Shown: positions 26,105 through 32,000 of the stretch, one piece after another
Layout: each line of letters opens with the position of its first letter
How positions within the stretch are numbered: position 1 is the stretch's first letter
NCBI RefSeq assembly: GCF_001997385.1
Contig: NZ_CP019633.1
Coordinates: 1,260,001 to 1,292,000 of the forward strand
Reading direction: 5' to 3'
Source: Sedimentisphaera cyanobacteriorum
GTDB taxonomy: Bacteria; Planctomycetota; Phycisphaerae; Sedimentisphaerales; Sedimentisphaeraceae
Length of the DNA stretch: 32,000 nucleotides
Made by a program: the position numbers and the translations under genes
Notes under the pieces: generated by a model
The model's database searches: none
What the model was told of the DNA's origin: nothing
The model's input: the letters and a program-made list of their open reading frames with translations, nothing else

Positions 26105-27327
26105 AGGTATATTTAAAGATATTATTAGCCGGTGCAGCTCTTTTAACAGCAGGCTGCGGAAAAACAGCAGACAGCACTAAGGCAAACATTCAGAGCCCTG
26201 CCCCCAACAGCAGCGAAGCTGTCTCACAGGAAAGCAGCTTAACGATAATGCTCGAGAATCTGCCTGCCGTTGAATCTGTAGAGATGTGGGAGAATGCATT
26301 CGCAGATGGCGGAATTACAATAAAAACAGAGCACTATGCAGTGCATTCAACACTGAAAGATTTCCTGCTCACCCGGAGGATCCCTCTCTTTCTTGAAACT
26401 CTGCACAGCCGGTTTCAGGATGTAACGGGCATCAGCGAGGTTTCCCGACGCCAAAGCGAGATTTATATATTTGCAGAGCGTGAGCAGTGGGAGCTGTTTA
26501 CAGAAGGCTTTACAGCCGAATACTGGACTTATTTCAAGAACATAAAAAACGGCGCCTTCTACCACAACGGAGTTTGCGCAGCATACAATTTAGGGCTGAA
26601 TAAAACTCTTTCGCTTTTAGGCCATGAATGCTGGCATCAGTTCAGCAGAAGGCATTTTCGTTATCAGCTTCCTGCCTGGATAGATGAAGGAATGGCTATT
26701 AGCTTTGAAGGCGTTCGTTTCACCGACGGCGGATTCGATTTTAACCCAAAATACAACAAGCTGCGAATTCAGGGGCTCAAGGAGGCGGCAGCAGATAACT
26801 ACGAGATTTCATTCACCGAGCTTTTGACAATCAACCCAACCTCTCTATTCAAAAATCCCAACCCTGAGAAAACGAATGCATATTATTCCAAGCTTTACAG
26901 CTTTGTAAGATTTTTAATGGAATACGACAAAGCAAACTATGCCTCAAAGCTTTTTAATCTTATTCAAGACGGAGCAAAAGGCAGATGGGGGATAAGCAGA
27001 AACATACTGGTGAATCTTGAAGACAGAAATGCTGCTCTAAACACTGCATTGAACCGTAAGGCGGGCGTAGCAGTATTCGAGGAGTACTTCGGCTCAGACT
27101 ACGAGAAGATGGAGAAGCAGTACCGAACTTTCAGTTATTCACTCATTACCAAAAGCAGCGGAAAAAACGCAGATAACGGCGAACTGGACAGTCCAGGGCT
27201 TAGTAGATATAATAAAGGCGGAAGAAATACAGGAAATAAATCCGCTGGCGGCAGTTTTAAGGGTTTCGGAGAAAAACCCGGCCTCGGCGGCTTCGGCTCA
27301 AACAAAGACACTCAGCCCCGGCTGTAA
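26101..27327 (+). CDS. Lipoprotein with an HExxH motif, putative metallopeptidase-like, unknown function
   Basis: Lipobox LLTAGC. The HECWH motif is at nt 26623-26637. The tail is Gly-rich and basic (KGGRNTGNKSAGGSFKGFGEKPGLGGFGSNK). Its ATG overlaps the DJ-1 stop (ATGA). Confidence 0.7.
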   Translation: MKVYLKILLAGAALLTAGCGKTADSTKANIQSPAPNSSEAVSQESSLTIMLENLPAVESVEMWENAFADGGITIKTEHYAVHSTLKDFLLTRRIPLFLETLHSRFQDVTGISEVSRRQSEIYIFAEREQWELFTEGFTAEYWTYFKNIKNGAFYHNGVCAAYNLGLNKTLSLLGHECWHQFSRRHFRYQLPAWIDEGMAISFEGVRFTDGGFDFNPKYNKLRIQGLKEAAADNYEISFTELLTINPTSLFKNPNPEKTNAYYSKLYSFVRFLMEYDKANYASKLFNLIQDGAKGRWGISRNILVNLEDRNAALNTALNRKAGVAVFEEYFGSDYEKMEKQYRTFSYSLITKSSGKNADNGELDSPGLSRYNKGGRNTGNKSAGGSFKGFGEKPGLGGFGSNKDTQPRL

Positions 27328-27343
27328 ATATCAGGAGATAAAC

Positions 27344-27712
27344 ATGAACAACCCAGTAGTAAGTGTCAGATATGCAGGGAAGGTGGTAATAGTAGAGATT
27401 ACCATCCCAAGACTTCTTGAAGATGCGCAGATTATGTCATTGGAAGAAACGCTCAGCCCTCTGGTAGAAGAATGCAGGCCTACCAAAATGATAATAGATT
27501 TCAGCCGAGTAGAACACCTCAGCAGTTCAGCTCTTGGTGTTTTGATTCGTATAAACAGCGAGATCAAGAAACAAGGCGGCTTTTTGAGCTTATGCGGCAT
27601 TAATAAACGCATCCTGGAGATTTTCAAAATAACCAAGCTCGACCAAGTTTTCACCATACGCAAAGACGTAAGCGAATCCCATAAGGCAATACTGCTTTCG
27701 ATTAATGAGTGA
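27344..27712 (+). CDS. STAS-domain anti-sigma-factor antagonist (SpoIIAA/RsbV-like)
   Basis: 122 aa with RBS AGGAGA. The segment IIDFSRVEHLSSSALGVLIRI includes the conserved phosphorylatable Ser region. Confidence 0.85.
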   Translation: MNNPVVSVRYAGKVVIVEITIPRLLEDAQIMSLEETLSPLVEECRPTKMIIDFSRVEHLSSSALGVLIRINSEIKKQGGFLSLCGINKRILEIFKITKLDQVFTIRKDVSESHKAILLSINE

Positions 27713-28110
27713 TGGAGAAATCTGAAACATTGTGCGTGAGTTATCCTGCACAAACTCAGCAGCTTTGTGATAAAATTTTCGCTGCAGCAGACAGTGAGCT
27801 CTCCTCTGATACGATTTGGTGGCTCAGGCTGGCAGTAGCGGAGGCTCTTAACAATGCTATTGTGCACGGTAACAAGCGAGACCCTGCTAAGAAGGTTACT
27901 GTAAACTTCTCTTGGACAGATAAGTCCTTTTCAGTCACAGTAACCGATCAGGGAGAGGGTTTTGAAAGAGAAAATCTTATAGACCCTACTGCTGAGGAAA
28001 ATCTAAACAAAACAACAGGCAGAGGTGTCTATATTATCAAATACGTTATGGATGATGTGCAGTATAACGAAAAAGGCAACAGTGTTACGCTGACAAAATA
28101 TTTTAGTTAA
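27709..28110 (+). CDS. Anti-sigma regulatory factor, Ser/Thr protein kinase (SpoIIAB/RsbW-like, HATPase_c)
   Basis: N-box [11 protein letters not shown] and G-boxes DQGEGF and GRGVYII. The start overlaps the STAS stop: either GTG 27709 (GTGA) or ATG 27712 (TGATG). Confidence 0.8.
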   Translation: MMEKSETLCVSYPAQTQQLCDKIFAAADSELSSDTIWWLRLAVAEALNNAIVHGNKRDPAKKVTVNFSWTDKSFSVTVTDQGEGFERENLIDPTAEENLNKTTGRGVYIIKYVMDDVQYNEKGNSVTLTKYFS

Positions 28111-28142
28111 GTTTTATTAAACAAAAATTCAGAGGTACAGAA

Positions 28143-29342
28143 ATGGCATTAGAATTCAGCGCAATGCCCGATAAGGAAGGCTATTTCGGGGAATATGGAG
28201 GACAGCAGATACCGCCGGAGCTGAAGGCAGTAATGGATGACATTGCAGAGGCTTACGAGAAAGTAACAGCCACGGAGGATTTTCAAACAGATCTTGCTAA
28301 CCTGTATACCGATTATGTAGGCAGGCCAAGCCCTATCTATTTCGCAAAAAAAATCACAGAAAAGGCCGGCGGGGCAAATATTTATCTCAAACGCGAAGAC
28401 CTAAACCACACCGGAGCACATAAGATCAATCACTGTCTCGGGGAAGCGCTTCTTGCAAAATACATGGGAAAGACAAAAGTGCTCGCTGAGACAGGTGCAG
28501 GACAGCACGGAGTAGCCCTGGCTACAGCCTGCGCGCTGGTTGGAATAGACTGTGAAATCCACATGGGCGAAATTGACATCGTCAAAGAACACCCAAATGT
28601 TACCAAAATGAAGATTCTCGGTTGCAGGATTGTGCCTGTATCGAGAGGAACGAAAACTCTGAAAGATGCAGTTGACAGCGCTTTCGAGGAATATCTCAGA
28701 GACCCTGACCACTTTATGTATGCGATAGGCTCGGTTGTAGGGCCTCATCCATTCCCGAAGATGGTTAGGGATTTTCAGAGCGTAGTGGGAAGAGAAGCAA
28801 GGCAGCAGATTCAGGAAAAAACAGGCAGACTGCCCGATATCGTAACCGCCTGCGTGGGAGGCGGTTCCAACGCTATTGGTATTTTTACTGCTTTTCTAAA
28901 TGATGAAAACGTGGAGCTTGTAGGGGTTGAGCCGGCAGGCCACGGACTCAATACAAAGGAACACGCAGCTACCCTCACAGCAGGTCATAAGGGAATGATA
29001 CACGGATTTAAATGCTACAACCTTCAGGACGAAAAAGGCAATCCGCTGCCGGTTTATTCAATCGCTTCAGGCCTTGATTATCCGGGTGTTGGGCCGCAGC
29101 ACTGCTACCTGAAGGATATCGGAAGGGTTCGATATGAAACCGCTGACGATGAGCAGTGTCTCGAGGCATTTATGCAGCTCTCTCACCTCGAAGGCATTAT
29201 TCCTGCTCTGGAAAGCGCTCATGCTTTACATTTTGCCATGCAGGAGGCTGCAAGGATAGGAAAGGGCAAAAATATACTCGTTAATCTCTCAGGCAGAGGG
29301 GATAAGGATGTTGATTTTGTCGCCGAAAAACTGAAGCTTTAA
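28143..29342 (+). CDS. trpB: Tryptophan synthase beta chain
   Basis: 399 aa. PLP-lysine motif HTGAHKINH, plus GAGQHG and GGGSNAIG. No trpA lies adjacent. Confidence 0.95.
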   Translation: MALEFSAMPDKEGYFGEYGGQQIPPELKAVMDDIAEAYEKVTATEDFQTDLANLYTDYVGRPSPIYFAKKITEKAGGANIYLKREDLNHTGAHKINHCLGEALLAKYMGKTKVLAETGAGQHGVALATACALVGIDCEIHMGEIDIVKEHPNVTKMKILGCRIVPVSRGTKTLKDAVDSAFEEYLRDPDHFMYAIGSVVGPHPFPKMVRDFQSVVGREARQQIQEKTGRLPDIVTACVGGGSNAIGIFTAFLNDENVELVGVEPAGHGLNTKEHAATLTAGHKGMIHGFKCYNLQDEKGNPLPVYSIASGLDYPGVGPQHCYLKDIGRVRYETADDEQCLEAFMQLSHLEGIIPALESAHALHFAMQEAARIGKGKNILVNLSGRGDKDVDFVAEKLKL

Positions 29343-29366
29343 TATAGCACAATTCAGAAATATGCA

Positions 29367-29399
29367 AGCCGGGGAAACGATCTTCTCCGGCTTTTTTTT
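29367..29399 (+). terminator. Rho-independent terminator after trpB
   Basis: AGCCGGGGAA-ACGATC-TTCTCCGGCT forms a 10-bp stem with one G-U pair, followed by a run of 8 T. Confidence 0.8.
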
Positions 29400-29472
29400 C
29401 GGCCGGCAAGCGGCGAGGTTTGAAGGCATGTCGCATCTATATTATGCAAGCTTGCGGTATCAATCGGGCTGT

Positions 29473-31137
29473 TCAATTCTGCTCTATAACGAGCTCAGGC
29501 CTTGCGAAAACGCCCCAATCCTGATGAGGCGAACCGTCTGCATCTGTGCAAGCGAGGGTAAGGAATTCTGCGTCCTCTGGGATATCTTTGCGAAAATCGA
29601 ACGTCTGACCGTATTTCACCTGCTCTTTTTTGAGGATTTCCGCGCCATCTAAGAGCACAGTAAAATCTGCGTTTGTAATTCTATGAGCATCTGAGGGCTC
29701 CTGTTCATAATCAGGCACTCCGTAAATAGTCCTGAATTCCGCAATTCTCTGGCCTGGCAGCATTGTCCGCAAAGCTCTGAGGTCGAAAGTAACCGCTGAA
29801 TTAGAGTGCATATAAAGAGCAGGATTTTCCTTTGTTCCGTAAAGCTGGCCGTTAATAATGCATCTTTTGTTGTAGTAATTGCTGCCCATATTAAAGTTCG
29901 GGCCGTTTGAGATGGGTGTCCAGCAGGTTCCGCTTGTATTTTCGAAGCCGTCGTATATGTGATTTTTGGATGTAACCTGAGAGGCGTCCTCGCCGTCTGG
30001 AATGAATACGCCGTCAACAATCTCATTTGAAGGAACAAGCCTGTAGCCGGACTTGCTAGACTGAAGCTTTGTGGTCTTCCGAATATATTCTCCTGATGAA
30101 AGGTTTATTGCTCTGCCTATAACACCATTTCCTGTCCCGCTGCCGCTGCCGAGTATATCAGCAAGGCTTATATTTTCTCCATGCCAATAGAAATTTTTGG
30201 AGGAATCCATTATCCTCAAGAAGCCCGAAGAGCTTTGGACAATATCGGAGGTTTCGCCTTTTTCGGATATCTTAACCGCTTCACCTTCCTCAAAGAGCCT
30301 TGCGCCTTTAGTTCTGTTTTCGATACGCGGGGCCATAGAGCATTTCCCCCTGAACATATGCAGCTCAGAAGAGCCGCCTGAGAATACAGAAACCCCAAAC
30401 TCTGTTCCCAGATCAATAATTCGTGAAGTTGGAGTATCAGCAATGAAACCGATGCATGTAGAGGGAACCTTAAAATACGCACTTCCTTCAAGCACATTTA
30501 CCCTCTCTGCATTCTCAATCTCAAATTTCGCCTCGTCTTCGAGCAGAAATTCTACGCCGTTGGATAAAAGTATCTTAGCGAAACCCTCCTCAAGCTGATA
30601 TTGTTTGGAGGTGCGGAGGTAAATCCCGTTTTCATTCTCCACAGGCCTGCTGCCCTGCCACAAAACATCTGAAGAATCTGCTACCTGAGCAACCTGATGA
30701 GGCCTGCTGGGCACATATACATTAACGTAATAAAGCTGATATAGTAGGAAAAGTACGCAGAGCACCGCAGCGGCAAGGGCAGACCTCTCTATCCATCGCA
30801 CTGCAGTAAAGCGAACCTTACCCGACCTTTTCTGACTGGAATCTAAGGGCTGAACGTTACCCTCCTGCTGCTTTGGAGTGCACGCGCATGGAGCGGTAAG
30901 CTCCATCTGCTCAATCTGGCGGCATATCTTATCAAAATCTTCACCTTGAAAGCTCACCGCCTCGCCGCCTACCTTTCCAAGAGCAGTGTTGATTGTGATA
31001 AGGTCCAGGTAGAAGCTTCGGGCATCTTCGGAGCTTTCAAGCATACTCTCCAGCTCTGCCTTTTCCTTTGGCGAAAGCCCTGTTTCCACAGAGCCCACCG
31101 TAAGCATTCTAAGCCTTATTTTCTGTTTTTCCGTCAT
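29473..31137 (-). CDS. FecR-like transmembrane anti-sigma factor with a C-terminal NPCBM-like carbohydrate-binding domain
   Basis: 554 aa. It has an N-terminal anti-sigma segment, one TM helix (ALAAAVLCVLFLLYQLYYV), a FecR-like middle region and a C-terminal segment (HSNSAVTFDL...FTVLLDG...LACTDADGSPHQDWGVFARPELV) that resembles NPCBM modules. Its ATG overlaps the sigma gene stop (ATGA). Confidence 0.75.
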   Translation of the reverse strand: MTEKQKIRLRMLTVGSVETGLSPKEKAELESMLESSEDARSFYLDLITINTALGKVGGEAVSFQGEDFDKICRQIEQMELTAPCACTPKQQEGNVQPLDSSQKRSGKVRFTAVRWIERSALAAAVLCVLFLLYQLYYVNVYVPSRPHQVAQVADSSDVLWQGSRPVENENGIYLRTSKQYQLEEGFAKILLSNGVEFLLEDEAKFEIENAERVNVLEGSAYFKVPSTCIGFIADTPTSRIIDLGTEFGVSVFSGGSSELHMFRGKCSMAPRIENRTKGARLFEEGEAVKISEKGETSDIVQSSSGFLRIMDSSKNFYWHGENISLADILGSGSGTGNGVIGRAINLSSGEYIRKTTKLQSSKSGYRLVPSNEIVDGVFIPDGEDASQVTSKNHIYDGFENTSGTCWTPISNGPNFNMGSNYYNKRCIINGQLYGTKENPALYMHSNSAVTFDLRALRTMLPGQRIAEFRTIYGVPDYEQEPSDAHRITNADFTVLLDGAEILKKEQVKYGQTFDFRKDIPEDAEFLTLACTDADGSPHQDWGVFARPELVIEQN

Positions 31138-31652
31138 TTTGACTCACCCATCACGAATCTGACGCACCTCTGCAGAAGTTCGTGAATTTTATATATCCGG
31201 CGGTAAACCTTAGGGGCAGGAAGACCTGTATGCCCTGCGATTTCATTTGCCGTACACTGCTGATTGTATTTCATATCAACAAGTTCTCTGTCTAAGTTGG
31301 GCAGCTTGCCAACGCACTCCTGGAGTGCGTCTATCCAGTCGTCAAGATTCTCCGATCTTTTCCTGCTCTGCTCTGAGAGCATACGAATGAGCTTTTCGTT
31401 CAGCACCGCCCTGTCGCCCTTTTTCTTGAGGTATTTTAGCACCTGAAATTTGGCTACAGTAAAGGCCCACGGCAGAAACTCTTCGCTGCTGCTGAGCTCT
31501 TCAAACTTCTCCATCATCACAATTGAGGCCTCCTGCATAATATCATCGGCCTCCGTACGATTTGGAACCATCGAAAGGATGAAATTATATATCCTGTGAT
31601 AGTTCGAAGTAAGAAGGTTTACAAACTCTATATTTTTAACTTTATCAAGCAT
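31134..31652 (-). CDS. ECF-type RNA polymerase sigma-70 family factor
   Basis: 172 aa. Region 2 is DIMQEASIVMMEKF...WAFTVAKFQVLKYLKKK, and the region 4 HTH is CTANEIAGHTGLPAPKVYRRIYKIHELL. Confidence 0.9.
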   Translation of the reverse strand: MLDKVKNIEFVNLLTSNYHRIYNFILSMVPNRTEADDIMQEASIVMMEKFEELSSSEEFLPWAFTVAKFQVLKYLKKKGDRAVLNEKLIRMLSEQSRKRSENLDDWIDALQECVGKLPNLDRELVDMKYNQQCTANEIAGHTGLPAPKVYRRIYKIHELLQRCVRFVMGESK

Positions 31653-31760
31653 AATCTCTCAATGTTTTATAGCCTGAGAAAGCATATTTTACGGGAAAAA
31701 ATAAAAAATTTCACTTATAAAGCAAACAAAATTTAAAATCTCTTTTACCTAAAACAATTC

Positions 31761-31791
31761 AAAAGAAAGGCCGGCAGTTAAAACCGGCCTT
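31761..31791 (-). terminator. Rho-independent terminator after the methyltransferase gene
   Basis: On the minus strand, AAGGCCGG-N9-CCGGCCTT (31767-31791) is followed by TCTTTT. Confidence 0.6.
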
Positions 31792-31818
31792 CTGATTCGC
31801 TTCGGGAATGAATACTTT

Positions 31819-32000
31819 TTAAAACAAACGAGAATCTTCCTCTTTCCTCTGCTGTTTGTATTTATCAATCCTCTTTCTGCAGACATCAGCATATCCCTGA
31901 TCGACTTCATAGCCCACATACTTTCGATCTGTTTTCAACGCTGCCAATGCCGTTGTGCCGCTGCCCATGAAGGGGTCCAGTATAATATCCTCCTTATAAG
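31819..32000 (-). CDS. DNA methyltransferase (N4/N6 class), C-terminal part; 5-prime end lies outside the window
   Basis: The minus frame reads DIILDPFMGSGTTALAALKTDRKYVGYEVDQGYADVCRKRIDKYKQQRKEEDSRLF-stop. DPFxGSGTT is the SAM-binding motif I, placed C-terminally as in beta-class N4/N6 methyltransferases. It is absent from the ORF track because no start codon lies inside the window. Confidence 0.7.
   Translation of the reverse strand, partial: YKEDIILDPFMGSGTTALAALKTDRKYVGYEVDQGYADVCRKRIDKYKQQRKEEDSRLF

Noticed and set aside
31653-31760. ECF-type autoregulatory promoter upstream of the sigma gene (TGAAAT ... CGTAAA on the minus strand).
   Set aside because: The spacing between the AAT and CGT elements is about 14 nt, shorter than the 16-17 nt typical of ECF promoters, and the -35 is not GGAAC-like.

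Overview
This 32 kb window is mostly chromosomal, and its gene content suggests a halophilic member of the PVC group, Planctomycetota/Phycisphaerae-like. That placement is inferred from PEP-CTERM, LamG/Ig/dockerin-like, ECF/FecR-NPCBM-like and glycine-methylation genes and was not checked against any database. All protein calls rest on recalled family motifs; no BLAST, HMM or Rfam search was run. Left to right: (1) tsf, gmhA and a DUF4139-like secreted protein on the + strand. (2) A minus-strand block of metK, adenosine kinase and ahcY, then a terminator, then glycine/sarcosine and sarcosine/dimethylglycine N-methyltransferases. This places de novo glycine betaine synthesis next to a SAM-supply and SAH-removal module, behind a long structured metK leader. 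(3) A minus-strand array of secreted glycan-related proteins: a GH127-like enzyme, an 1126-aa protein with an unclassified N-terminal region, and two paralogous LamG/Ig/dockerin-like genes, one broken by a single in-frame TAA. (4) A scrambled zone at 19954-25093. It holds an IS5/IS1182-like element, a complete IS3-family element abutted by an identical 262-bp partial copy, the two ends of a wrecked PEP-CTERM gene, a 3-prime fragment of an IorB/POR-gamma-type gene and a hypothetical gene, and it ends at tRNA-Arg(TCT). (5) A + strand unit of DJ-1/PfpI, an HExxH lipoprotein, a STAS antagonist, an anti-sigma kinase and trpB. (6) A minus-strand ECF sigma / FecR-like anti-sigma pair and the 3-prime end of a DNA methyltransferase. 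No CRISPR array, rRNA or recognisable defence system was seen. The least-described content is the glycan array and the metK leader.
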